The notes under the pieces are model-generated. The model did not search any database, was not told the origin of the DNA, and saw nothing but the letters and a program-made list of their open reading frames with translations. A program made the position numbers and the translations under genes. A stretch of 64,000 bases of DNA, taken from positions 124,001-188,000 of IMG/VR virus record IMGVR_UViG_3300023257_000007. One strand, written 5' to 3'. Below are positions 37,213-47,819 of this stretch, one piece after another (position 1 is the first letter of the stretch; each line of letters begins with the position of its first letter).

Positions 37213-39393
37213 TTATGTTAATATTTCATATGCCTTATCAATACCACCTTCACTACTAATACCTTCAAGTTTTAGTATTTCATCTTTCATTGCATTTGTA
37301 ATGTTTTCTATTATATAGGTGAAATTATACATTGTCTTAACTTTAGAAAAATCTCCAATAATTTGTTCCAATTGTGAATTAAATGATGTTTGATTATAAG
37401 TACTTTTCACAAATAAAACAAAATATCTAATATTAGAACTTGTACCATCACTTGCACCACCTTGTCCAGATTCTGCAGCTATACCACCTTGTTTATAACC
37501 TTCATCATAACCTGCATCATAATTTACATTAACTTTAATATCATTATAATTTCCAACAACACCATCATTATAACCAGCTAAAAAACCATCAGCATAATCA
37601 GCAGAAGCACCACCTCCACCTCCAGTAACATCATTAATACCAGGTCCGGTATTTGGTTTTAAATTAGAATATACAGGTGATGTTACTCCAACATTTATTT
37701 GATCTTGTAAACTTGAACCAACAGCAGCTTGACTAGACGCACTATCTAAAAAAGTAACATTTTCATAAATAGCAAACTTACCAGAATAAATAAGAGTCTT
37801 AGTTCCACTAAACTGTCCGTTTAAAGTAATATAAAAATTAGTATTATTTTCACTTATAGTTTTTAATGTTTGTACATCTCTTTGACTAACCTTAAATACT
37901 ATTTGACCTTTATCATATAAATTTTGATCTGTTTCATAAAATATATCCTTCTCTAAAAACTCCTCATCAGATTTAAATGATAATACTATTTTTGAATTAA
38001 ACATTAATTCTGATAAATCATAAGGGGCTACACTAGCATCCGCTGATAATATACCCATAGAAAATTTAATAATATTATCAAATGGAGTAATCATTATCTC
38101 TAATAAACCATTGCCCTTATAACCGGAAACAGACTTAGAACTACCAACCATTATTTTATACTTATCTATTAATATAGGATAATTAACCTTACTAACAGAT
38201 AAATCAGGTAAAAATTTACTTGTAATATTACCTCTATTCAAACTTTCAACTGGGTTTGAATTATATAAAGTAGGCAAATAAGCATCCGCAATATCTATCC
38301 TAGTTAAATTAATACCATATTTAAATAAATTAGTAGTTAAACCCAATGAAGCACTTCTTTCAATTTGACTTAAATCTGTTAAATCTATAACTTTCATTAA
38401 TACATCTATAGCTGCAGTAGTATTAGAAAATGTAATAACAGGTCTGTAATAAACCTCCTGTGCAAAATTTTCAGTCACAGTAAATGTTTGTGTTCTCTGT
38501 CTTATATTTTCTTCATATAATGTAACATCATATTCTAATCTTATAATTTTTCCTTTAGCTCTTAAATCAGCAACAAAATCATCCATATTTTCATTTGAAC
38601 CATTATAAGTTCCCTGAATTATGAAAAAATCTCCAACATCAGACTCTGCAATCTCACAACCCAATGTTTCATATTCTGGTGATTGAGACAATGAAGCGGT
38701 ATACCAATTATCAGTATAATAATACTTAGTTCCAAATGTTGTTTCAGTATCAGTTATATATGTAAATTGAATAAATATAGGAGCAGTCTCACTTAAACCA
38801 ACACCATTAGTTAAATTGTAATTAATAGTATCTGGTAACGCAGCGTTATTTTGATTTAAAAATGTTGTTCTTTGTGGTGATAAAACTCTCACTGAAGGTA
38901 CATCTAACTCAATATATTTAATCCAAACTTGTTCGTCATAGTATTGAGGCACTCCAAATTGTACTTCATTTTGTCTATTAGGATCTTCATTATCAAAGAA
39001 ATAATTAGATAATTCATATACATTATTATTATTATAATCATAAGTATAAACCTTAATTAAAAAACCTTTATAAGTTCCATCATCTATTGTGTTATTTTGA
39101 GATAATTTAATTTTTATTTTATCATATAAAACTGGACTAGAATTATATGTTTGTGATTTTATAAAATTGTATGTTGTACTTAATTGAGCATATTTTCTAG
39201 ATATAGGATCAATATTAATTAATTGGTTATTTGGAATATTAATAGCAGTTGCTCTATTAGATGTGAACAACCTTTTACTATTATCATTTAGATTAGTGTA
39301 TACTTGATATTGCTCAGATATATTGTTATCATTATCATAAGTCCATTCAAGTAGAATATTAGTATCTAATTTTAAATATTTGTTCAACGACAT
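37213..39393 (-). CDS. Putative virion structural protein
   Basis: 726 aa, beta-rich; TTAATATATAG upstream; Gly-rich/GYxxGY segment near the C-terminus. Confidence 0.5.
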   Translation of the reverse strand: MSLNKYLKLDTNILLEWTYDNDNNISEQYQVYTNLNDNSKRLFTSNRATAINIPNNQLINIDPISRKYAQLSTTYNFIKSQTYNSSPVLYDKIKIKLSQNNTIDDGTYKGFLIKVYTYDYNNNNVYELSNYFFDNEDPNRQNEVQFGVPQYYDEQVWIKYIELDVPSVRVLSPQRTTFLNQNNAALPDTINYNLTNGVGLSETAPIFIQFTYITDTETTFGTKYYYTDNWYTASLSQSPEYETLGCEIAESDVGDFFIIQGTYNGSNENMDDFVADLRAKGKIIRLEYDVTLYEENIRQRTQTFTVTENFAQEVYYRPVITFSNTTAAIDVLMKVIDLTDLSQIERSASLGLTTNLFKYGINLTRIDIADAYLPTLYNSNPVESLNRGNITSKFLPDLSVSKVNYPILIDKYKIMVGSSKSVSGYKGNGLLEIMITPFDNIIKFSMGILSADASVAPYDLSELMFNSKIVLSFKSDEEFLEKDIFYETDQNLYDKGQIVFKVSQRDVQTLKTISENNTNFYITLNGQFSGTKTLIYSGKFAIYENVTFLDSASSQAAVGSSLQDQINVGVTSPVYSNLKPNTGPGINDVTGGGGGASADYADGFLAGYNDGVVGNYNDIKVNVNYDAGYDEGYKQGGIAAESGQGGASDGTSSNIRYFVLFVKSTYNQTSFNSQLEQIIGDFSKVKTMYNFTYIIENITNAMKDEILKLEGISSEGGIDKAYEILT

Positions 39394-39466
39394 AAATTTT
39401 TACTATAATTTTAAACTATATATTAAAATGACAAATATGAAACTAGAAAATTTATAGATTATTAAA

Positions 39467-41023
39467 TTAAATTGTAATAGTTAATTCATCATATGGATAT
39501 TCCTGTTTTTTATAAATATTATCCCTTCTCGATAAATAGTGATTATATAATGTATTAGTATATTGCTTTGAAAATCTATCAACTATATCAAATACAATTA
39601 ATTTACTTTTTTCAGAATGTAATCTTAATCCACGTCCAATAGACTGACGTATAATTTGATCAGATTTAAAAGAATCAGCAAATACAATATTAACAATTGA
39701 TTTTATATTAACACCTGTACTTAATGTACCATAACTCGCTACAAGTATTTTTGGATTACCACTTGTAATCTCCATATATTTTTTAATTTGTATTCTAACA
39801 TCCGATTTAACAGAACCATCTATATAATAAAAATCTTTTCCCTGTATATTATTTCTAAAAAAATCATATAATTGTGTACCATAGTCAATACTATGAAACA
39901 AAACTAACGAATTTTGTTTAAATTTAGTAACCAATTTAGTTAAAAATAATTTTCTTTTTTCTGAATTATGAATATATTGTTTCTCTAATTCAAAAGCTTT
40001 CTTACCACCGCCCCTCTTCTTAATCATAAAAACATTTTCTGCAAATTCATGATCATCATAATTTAATTGTAAAGACTTTATTTTTAAATTACTTATAACA
40101 CCAATCTCCTGTAGTTTTTTAGCTCTCACAGTTAAAAGTTTAGGACCCATTAATGATTCAATAGTCATTAATTCTGAAGTTCCATTTAATGGATATGTAC
40201 CAGACATACCAAATCTATATCTAGCATAACCAAATGTTCTTTCTAGAATAGTATTAATAGTTTTAGCTTTAGCTTTATGTGCTTCATCAGTACCTATTAA
40301 ATAAAATTGTTTGAAAAATTCTTTTGGATATTTCTCTAAAGATTGATATGTGCCAATATAAATATTCGGTTCAACATTATCTCTATTTTTTCTTGGTTTA
40401 TCAGACATAATCTCTTGTATCTTAATATCTAAAGGTTCTTTTTGTTCTTTATTATAACCCTCATTATAATCTAAAATATCATCATAAAATTGTGTCACCA
40501 AAGATATATTAGGAACAATTAACAAAAATTTAGCTTCAGGGTCAATATATTTTAATATGAAAAATACAACAGTCGCAAACACTAATGACTTACCACCCGC
40601 TGTAGCAATTTCTACTAAACCATACCTGTGTTTTAACAACTTAAACATCGCATCTATCTGATGTTCATACGGGAAAAATATTTCTCCTTTATCAGTTTTA
40701 TATCCTGTATAAAACTCATTACAAAAATTTTCAATTTCAATTTTTTTAATATCATTGTTCCTAGGAAAGTTTTCTTTATTTTCTATCTCAAACGGATACC
40801 CATATTCTTTACAAATTTCATATACATAGTTCCATAAACCAAAATTTATAAAACCATTTTTGAAAAAATCAATTTTACCATCCCAAACACCTAATTTATA
40901 TCTTTTCATAAATCGATAATTATTAACGAATGGATTTAATAAATGTTTTAATTGATTGTATTCTTCTCGGGTAGATTCTTGTAATATTATCTTAGTGTTG
41001 TGTTCATTCAACTTAAATTTCAT
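39467..41023 (-). CDS. uvsW: UvsW-like SF2 helicase
   Basis: WDGKIDFF, ATAGGKS, DEAH, SGT, STGVNI, QSIGRGLR. Confidence 0.9.
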   Translation of the reverse strand: MKFKLNEHNTKIILQESTREEYNQLKHLLNPFVNNYRFMKRYKLGVWDGKIDFFKNGFINFGLWNYVYEICKEYGYPFEIENKENFPRNNDIKKIEIENFCNEFYTGYKTDKGEIFFPYEHQIDAMFKLLKHRYGLVEIATAGGKSLVFATVVFFILKYIDPEAKFLLIVPNISLVTQFYDDILDYNEGYNKEQKEPLDIKIQEIMSDKPRKNRDNVEPNIYIGTYQSLEKYPKEFFKQFYLIGTDEAHKAKAKTINTILERTFGYARYRFGMSGTYPLNGTSELMTIESLMGPKLLTVRAKKLQEIGVISNLKIKSLQLNYDDHEFAENVFMIKKRGGGKKAFELEKQYIHNSEKRKLFLTKLVTKFKQNSLVLFHSIDYGTQLYDFFRNNIQGKDFYYIDGSVKSDVRIQIKKYMEITSGNPKILVASYGTLSTGVNIKSIVNIVFADSFKSDQIIRQSIGRGLRLHSEKSKLIVFDIVDRFSKQYTNTLYNHYLSRRDNIYKKQEYPYDELTITI

Positions 41024-41086
41024 AATGCCTAAAAATTTTTATCACCGTGCCATAAATGATTATTATATTTTAAAGTGATTGTTTCA

Positions 41087-41548
41087 CTACATATCTAATC
41101 CAGTAATATTATGGATTTCTATCTTATTCTTAATAGACCATATAACATGATCTACACTTTTTCTAGATTCTCCTAAAAATTGTATATGATTTTCATACAA
41201 TTCTAACTTAGCCTTTTGCCAAGCTAAATCAGATTCTATTAACTTACCTTTTTCACTACCATTAGTCTTAATTTGATATTTAGTAGCATAATATTCAAAT
41301 CTAGCCTTAGTCATTTGTTTCAATTTAGGAACATCTTTATATATTCTATAAGTATATATTGCAATTTCATCATTTAATATTTGTCTATAAGATATAGCTT
41401 CAGATTCTAATTGCATTGCATCTTTCAAATCACTGGTGATTCTGTTAGTTAAATTTTGAATAATTCTATTACATTTATTTCTTTGTTCCTCTAACTTATC
41501 AGCCAATTGTTCAATTATTTCTTCAAAATTAACTTCATTTTCTTTCAT
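41087..41548 (-). CDS. uvsY: UvsY-like recombination mediator
   Basis: Helical 153 aa next to uvsW; 'FEYY...K...IESD...L..Y...IQFL......V....WSIKN.IE'. Confidence 0.6.
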   Translation of the reverse strand: MKENEVNFEEIIEQLADKLEEQRNKCNRIIQNLTNRITSDLKDAMQLESEAISYRQILNDEIAIYTYRIYKDVPKLKQMTKARFEYYATKYQIKTNGSEKGKLIESDLAWQKAKLELYENHIQFLGESRKSVDHVIWSIKNKIEIHNITGLDM

Positions 41549-41578
41549 GACAATTATAATATAAATTCAATTTTGGGT

Positions 41579-42328
41579 TTAAATTTTTTGATAATTGATA
41601 TCAAAATAATAATTAAACTTATAATTCTTAGAAGATTCAGTTTGATTATATGTCATAAACAATTCACCTAAACCATTACTAGGAAACTTCTTAACAACAT
41701 TTAAATTACTTTCCAAATCACCTTTTTGCTTCGCTTCAAATGTGTATTCTGGGTTATATTTCAAAACTGAACTTGTACCTATTTTTTGATCATTTTCAAT
41801 AGAAATATATTCAATATACATATCAATATTTAAAAATTTATATCTATCTAAAACATTCTTTTCTATATAATAATAAATAGATTGATTAATATCTTTATTT
41901 AACAAATCATCATAATAGACAGATTTAAATGCTCTATTCTCTTTAATTTTAACAAATAAATATTCCTTTAAAATTGTCTTAACATCAATGGTATATTCCC
42001 ATATAGTACTAATTTCTCTAATTTTGACGTTTTGTTGGGATTCTTTTATAGTATGATTATCATTTTTTAAAGACGTTAAATTCAATGTAAATACAGTTTC
42101 ATCTCCTACATGTGTTTCACAATCATAATATTGAAATCCATTATTTTTTACTAGATCTCTATCACCAGAAGTGAAAAATTGAGAATATTGTATTGTCTCA
42201 TTATCAATAATAACATCATCTTCGATTTCTAACATTTTAGAACCAAAAAAAGATTTCTCCTCTATCATATTAAGAGTACCAGGTACTCTAGAAGTTTTAA
42301 ATTTTCTTAGTATAAGATTATTTTTCAC
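41579..42328 (-). CDS. Putative structural protein
   Basis: 249 aa, coupled to the 1825-aa gene. Confidence 0.5.
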   Translation of the reverse strand: MKNNLILRKFKTSRVPGTLNMIEEKSFFGSKMLEIEDDVIIDNETIQYSQFFTSGDRDLVKNNGFQYYDCETHVGDETVFTLNLTSLKNDNHTIKESQQNVKIREISTIWEYTIDVKTILKEYLFVKIKENRAFKSVYYDDLLNKDINQSIYYYIEKNVLDRYKFLNIDMYIEYISIENDQKIGTSSVLKYNPEYTFEAKQKGDLESNLNVVKKFPSNGLGELFMTYNQTESSKNYKFNYYFDINYQKI

Positions 42329-45300
42329 TATGTTAAATTCTTTTTTGTATCATCTTTAGATGTATCTAAAACTTCTTTATCTGTAAATATGTAATATTCT
42401 TTATCCCAAGTTGATTTAAATATAAATCTTTCTACATAACTATAACCAAACTCATCAACCATAGGGTAAATTGATCTATCTTCTTCTGTATTTCTTATCT
42501 TTAATACATTTTCCACTGGGTTTATTTTAGAATAAATAATCTCAGAAACCTTACCAAAATCTTCCAGATTTTCATTAAACTTATAATTTCTTTCTAATGC
42601 ATTAAAATAATATTCACCTTCTGTTACTCTTGGCATAGTATAACATACTTGAACTTCAACATTATCAAAATATGCATTATAAGTTGGACTTGATATTGGT
42701 GTAGCCAAAAATACAACATCAAAATCACAATACACACTAAAATCTATATTTATTTCAATGTTACTAGAAGTAACTGCAGAACTTATATCTATACCAGAAA
42801 TTGTATATTTATCTATAATCCAATATGGATTATAAATTGTTGTTTTAGATAAATTATCAGAACTCGTATTATTTATCAAAATATCAACGAGATAGTCTTT
42901 AAAAAACAAATTCTTTTCAATGGATATTAACTTATAATATATAAAATCACCCTTTTTTTTAATAATAACATTAATTTCTGATATAATTGCCTCATTGGGA
43001 ATGTCAAAATTAAAATTAGATAATCTTAATGTATCTGAATATCCTGTTAATGTTACAACAAGACCCGCTGAAATATCAGGTATTAAAAAATCAATTTTAG
43101 CAGAAATATTATCACTTTTATCTAAAATATTTTCTTCATCAACCCAATTTATAACAGTAGTATAACCTGATGTACCACCAGTTAATCCATTTGTAGTTAT
43201 TTCAACATCACTAGCAAAAGATTTTTGACAAAATATTCCATTATGAGATGAATAATCTGTACCATCAAATAATTCAATATTTTTGAAAATAGGTTCATAT
43301 GGCCCACTATATCTATATATTTCTTTATTATAAATTTGTGTTTCACCATGTTGTTGAACCTTTTTACTTATGTCTTTCTCATTTATAGTAATTTTTCTTG
43401 AAATAGGTTCATTAATGTCATAATTAACAGACGCACTAGCATCTACAGGTTTATATTTATCATAAATATTAGTTCTTGGACCTTTCAATGCACTATGATT
43501 AAATGATTGTTTCTTGATAGTTAATAAATCTGGTCTACTAATAGAAACCATATATGGTGGGAAATCTTTGCCCCAAGACTCTAATTCTTCCATGGTACCA
43601 TTTGTAGTGGCACTTGGAACCATATTCATATAAGCATAATTACCATTTTCATCAATATAATGATAATATACATTTCTATCAAATCCATAAGTATTATTTA
43701 AATCATTTAAAGCAGATATTACATTTGAAGCAGTCAATGTAACAGTATTATAACTAATACCTGTATTATTATATGGTGTTCCATCTAATGCCTTAGCATA
43801 ATAATATCCATAATTCTCACCAAATATTTTAATATTATTTAAATCATATAAATCCTTAAACATTGTTAATTTTGTATTAACAACAATTAATAAATTTTTA
43901 TACTTATCATTTAAAAATATATCAATACCAGTATCAGATGTATCAATATAATTTTCATTAATAATTGCAGAACTTTCAAAATCTAATTCATTTACAACTT
44001 CATATAACTCATATGTAGCACCACAAACAACAAAATCAGAAAAATTAGATGTCATATCATCTTCCTCCCAATTATCTAATGAAACATAAATAGTACAACC
44101 AGTATCACCACTAAATTGATATATTTGTGCAGTTAATCTAGTAGAATCAATATAATAAGAACTTCCAGTTGAATAAAAATGAGAATAATCTCCAGTTGTG
44201 TCTATATCATAAAAATCATATAAAGGTAGAGTTAAACCTGCAAATGTAAAACCTGTGGTTTTTATATAATAATCTTTATAATCTATAAAACTAGCATCAT
44301 ATGATCTTTTTAATTTTAAAGGGCCATTGTTAACATAAGCTAAATCTGTAAAACTTGTTAAAGTCATAGTTTGTCCAGTAATAAAACCCCTAATACCTAA
44401 ATTTTCATAATGCCAATTCACAGTATCCATGTATCTTGTTTGATAAAAACTATATCCAGACACATCAACATAATCTGCAATAGTTCTTCCACTATCACCA
44501 TCACTATTATAAACTGTTTCAATATACTGATAACAAGGATTAAATATAATACTACACTTATATTCATCATATTTCTTTTTACCGGAAATTATATTATAAA
44601 TTTTATAATTAGAATCTCTAAATAAATTTGCAACAGAATCTAAATCAATTCTCAAACCTTTAAAAAGAGTTGAAGCTGCATTATAATTATTTGTTGTTTT
44701 AAATATTGAATATTTAGTAGTAGATTTAATATATAGTTGACTCTCATATTCATAATACATCTTATTCTTGAAAAAATAATCAAAATAATCAAAAGTAGAA
44801 CCAACATATAAACTCAAATTAAATTTTTGACTATCATCATTCATTAAATTTGTTTCAATATTAGTACTTTGTTGAACATACTTTTCATTAGTACCATTAT
44901 CATGCAAACCACCAACACGATACATATAATCCATATTTTTATCTGTTACACTTGGAGTATCTTTATAAATATTAGTTGTTTTATTGAATTGTGAGCCTAC
45001 TTTATTATTATTATTTAATTTGTATGAATAATCACTGTGACTTATACTATTCATAAAACCCCATTTACAAACTGTCTCATTTTTAATCCACATAGGATTA
45101 ATATCTTTTGTTTCTGTTATTTGATATAATTCATCTGTAGAAATATACTCTGACGAAACATTCATTATCTTATTTTGACCAGGAACACCTTCTGGCATAA
45201 CTTTAAATTGTTTAGGAGTTGAATTATCTCTAAATTCAGTTGTATATAATTTATGTTCATCAGTATCAACATATTCTGTTTTCTCATAATCAAAATCAGC

Positions 45301-47805
45301 ATAATGTGTATCAACTCTATCAAAATCCCAATCTTTAATATCACTAAATTTAACTCTATAAACAGGATACATTAACGGTTTTCTTAATTTCTTATTTACT
45401 CTTATATCTTTAACTACAGAATATTCTGAATCATTTGATTTAATCCAATATTCTAATTTGGAACTATTAGATTTTATAGCATAATCAGTATCTATATAAT
45501 ACTTTAACTCAATTTCATCATTTTGATCTATCGGCAAATTATATATATTTACATATGTTAATGAAGTATTAGAATCAGTTAAAGCTACAATATTTTCATT
45601 ATAAAACACACCACCAGAATATATATTATCATAATCAATACTAGGACTTAATAAATAATCAGTTAAAGTATCAGTTAAAGTATCATATTTCATTAATCCA
45701 GTACTAGCACTATTTTCAAACCACTTAAAAATTACATTATTATTATTATCATAAAAAACATGAGATGTTGAACCAGTAATATCATAACTAGTTGTTTGTG
45801 TAATATTTTTTTCATAATATTCTTTTTTAATAAACAAACCTTCAGTAGTACCCAAAAAAATTGTTCCATCATCTTTTAAATCAAATGTTAAAGGAATACC
45901 TTCCATAGACGTATTTGCAGAATTATATTCAACAGAAGCTATAGGTTCTAAATCATAATAAACTGTAAAAATACCTGCATCTAATCCATTACTAATAACA
46001 CTATATAAATTATTATTTTGTACTTCAATTTTACAATTAAAAACATCTCCTGTTACATTTGTATTATAAAATGTAACATCATATTTATTAGAAAGTTTTA
46101 CAGACCAAGATACAGTTAAAGTACCACCAGATCGAGCACAGGCAAAAATTGTAGAACCTGTAACAAAAATACTTTTAATTTGTTCAGCATCTTCTATACC
46201 AGAATTTAAATTAGTAATTGTATCTTCTACACCACTATCAAAATCTTTAATCCACATTCCTTCATATGTACCAACATACAATACATTATTATCTAAAAAT
46301 AATGATTGCACACCTGAATTTGGTAATGAAGAATTTGAAGTAGTATATGAATTTAATAAAACTAAATCTATATCATATATGAATAAACCATCATCAGCAC
46401 CAATGTAAATCTTATCATCATTAAAATAAACTACATTAAATGGTGGAATTGATTCTGTGATTGATGTATAAGAATAAGCAATATCTGATTTCTCAATAAT
46501 ATTTTGTTCAACTTTTAAAACATGAAACTTGTTGTCAATATCAACTAAATACAAATCACCATATAATCCCTTGAAATATCCATCATCATCAATATACGTA
46601 TCACAAGTAAATTCACCAGTTCTGCCATTTACAACATTTATATAAGATGTACCAGTATTTTGAAAAACAATATCAACAATATTATCACTATGAATATCTG
46701 TAATAGATAAATCATAATCACTTATAATTTTATATGTATCAACATTATCATCACTCTTTTTAACTACTCTATATAAATCTTCTAAAGCATAAATATAATA
46801 CTCATTATTATTATCCCAAGTATTAATAAAAGGCATGGTTGAACCAGTTGTTCCACTAACAACAAATATATTATTTACAATATCTAAACCATCTATTAAT
46901 GTAGGTGGTTGATATGAAGTTAAGTTACAAACCTCATCCATTTGTTCCACATAAAAACCATAATATCTATTAACAGAATATTTATTTAAACCGAAAGGTG
47001 ATGCAGGTGTATCATCATATAAAAATTTAAAGTTGACAATGCTTGGAAATATCAAATTATTTAATTGATACCCCTCCGTTATAAATTGTTCTAATTGAAA
47101 ATGTGGTTGTTCATAATATAATTTATCATCTAAAAAGAAATCCTTTTCAGTATAAGTACCATAATCATAATCAATACCATACCATCTACTAAAATTATAT
47201 TTTTTAGCATCAAACTCAAATGGAGATTCAGGAAATCTGTCATTTTCAGTAAAATTTCTATACATCCAATATCCTAAAGGTGATTGATAAGTTAAATCAA
47301 ATGTTGTAACACATTTCCATTTATCCACAATCTCACTTCTAAAATTATTTTTAGTTAAATTTACTATTTCATATGAATTACTATCATAAACTGCAGAATC
47401 ATCAACTCTTAATATAATAAAATTTGAAGGTAAATTGTTAGGTCTAATATATAGAGGAGCCAAATATTCAAATTCTTCTTCATACCACTGATCTTGAATA
47501 TTTTTAGCACCAGCATAATAAATATCATCAAATTGACAATCATATGTATTATACATTTTATCACTATCATCTTCATATTTAACTTTAAAAGCTAAATTAG
47601 AAGGCAAACCTTTATAAAATATAGGTAATTGATCCTCCAAATAAGTATTCTTATTCATAGAAAAATGTTTAAATCTTTCATCACTTAATTGTCTATTAAC
47701 CTTGAAAGATTCTAAATATAAGTTATAATCAGTATTAACCACTACACTTACATTTGTTGTAAGTGTAGGATTAGTTCTTATTATTTGAAAACTTTTATCT
47801 ATCAT
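42328..47805 (-). CDS. Very large putative virion protein with a central beta-propeller-like segment
   Basis: 1825 aa; blade-like repeats 'NSSLPNSGVQSLFLDNNVLYVGTYEGM', 'DDKIYIGADDGLFI', 'DDGTIFLGTTEGLFI'. Confidence 0.55.
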   Translation of the reverse strand: MIDKSFQIIRTNPTLTTNVSVVVNTDYNLYLESFKVNRQLSDERFKHFSMNKNTYLEDQLPIFYKGLPSNLAFKVKYEDDSDKMYNTYDCQFDDIYYAGAKNIQDQWYEEEFEYLAPLYIRPNNLPSNFIILRVDDSAVYDSNSYEIVNLTKNNFRSEIVDKWKCVTTFDLTYQSPLGYWMYRNFTENDRFPESPFEFDAKKYNFSRWYGIDYDYGTYTEKDFFLDDKLYYEQPHFQLEQFITEGYQLNNLIFPSIVNFKFLYDDTPASPFGLNKYSVNRYYGFYVEQMDEVCNLTSYQPPTLIDGLDIVNNIFVVSGTTGSTMPFINTWDNNNEYYIYALEDLYRVVKKSDDNVDTYKIISDYDLSITDIHSDNIVDIVFQNTGTSYINVVNGRTGEFTCDTYIDDDGYFKGLYGDLYLVDIDNKFHVLKVEQNIIEKSDIAYSYTSITESIPPFNVVYFNDDKIYIGADDGLFIYDIDLVLLNSYTTSNSSLPNSGVQSLFLDNNVLYVGTYEGMWIKDFDSGVEDTITNLNSGIEDAEQIKSIFVTGSTIFACARSGGTLTVSWSVKLSNKYDVTFYNTNVTGDVFNCKIEVQNNNLYSVISNGLDAGIFTVYYDLEPIASVEYNSANTSMEGIPLTFDLKDDGTIFLGTTEGLFIKKEYYEKNITQTTSYDITGSTSHVFYDNNNNVIFKWFENSASTGLMKYDTLTDTLTDYLLSPSIDYDNIYSGGVFYNENIVALTDSNTSLTYVNIYNLPIDQNDEIELKYYIDTDYAIKSNSSKLEYWIKSNDSEYSVVKDIRVNKKLRKPLMYPVYRVKFSDIKDWDFDRVDTHYADFDYEKTEYVDTDEHKLYTTEFRDNSTPKQFKVMPEGVPGQNKIMNVSSEYISTDELYQITETKDINPMWIKNETVCKWGFMNSISHSDYSYKLNNNNKVGSQFNKTTNIYKDTPSVTDKNMDYMYRVGGLHDNGTNEKYVQQSTNIETNLMNDDSQKFNLSLYVGSTFDYFDYFFKNKMYYEYESQLYIKSTTKYSIFKTTNNYNAASTLFKGLRIDLDSVANLFRDSNYKIYNIISGKKKYDEYKCSIIFNPCYQYIETVYNSDGDSGRTIADYVDVSGYSFYQTRYMDTVNWHYENLGIRGFITGQTMTLTSFTDLAYVNNGPLKLKRSYDASFIDYKDYYIKTTGFTFAGLTLPLYDFYDIDTTGDYSHFYSTGSSYYIDSTRLTAQIYQFSGDTGCTIYVSLDNWEEDDMTSNFSDFVVCGATYELYEVVNELDFESSAIINENYIDTSDTGIDIFLNDKYKNLLIVVNTKLTMFKDLYDLNNIKIFGENYGYYYAKALDGTPYNNTGISYNTVTLTASNVISALNDLNNTYGFDRNVYYHYIDENGNYAYMNMVPSATTNGTMEELESWGKDFPPYMVSISRPDLLTIKKQSFNHSALKGPRTNIYDKYKPVDASASVNYDINEPISRKITINEKDISKKVQQHGETQIYNKEIYRYSGPYEPIFKNIELFDGTDYSSHNGIFCQKSFASDVEITTNGLTGGTSGYTTVINWVDEENILDKSDNISAKIDFLIPDISAGLVVTLTGYSDTLRLSNFNFDIPNEAIISEINVIIKKKGDFIYYKLISIEKNLFFKDYLVDILINNTSSDNLSKTTIYNPYWIIDKYTISGIDISSAVTSSNIEINIDFSVYCDFDVVFLATPISSPTYNAYFDNVEVQVCYTMPRVTEGEYYFNALERNYKFNENLEDFGKVSEIIYSKINPVENVLKIRNTEEDRSIYPMVDEFGYSYVERFIFKSTWDKEYYIFTDKEVLDTSKDDTKKNLT

Positions 47806-47819
47806 AATTTATAATAATT

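Noticed and set aside
37430-37640. Gly-rich and GYxxGY segment as collagen or FliH-like domain
   Set aside because: Too short and lacks G-x-y periodicity; treated as a low-complexity linker.
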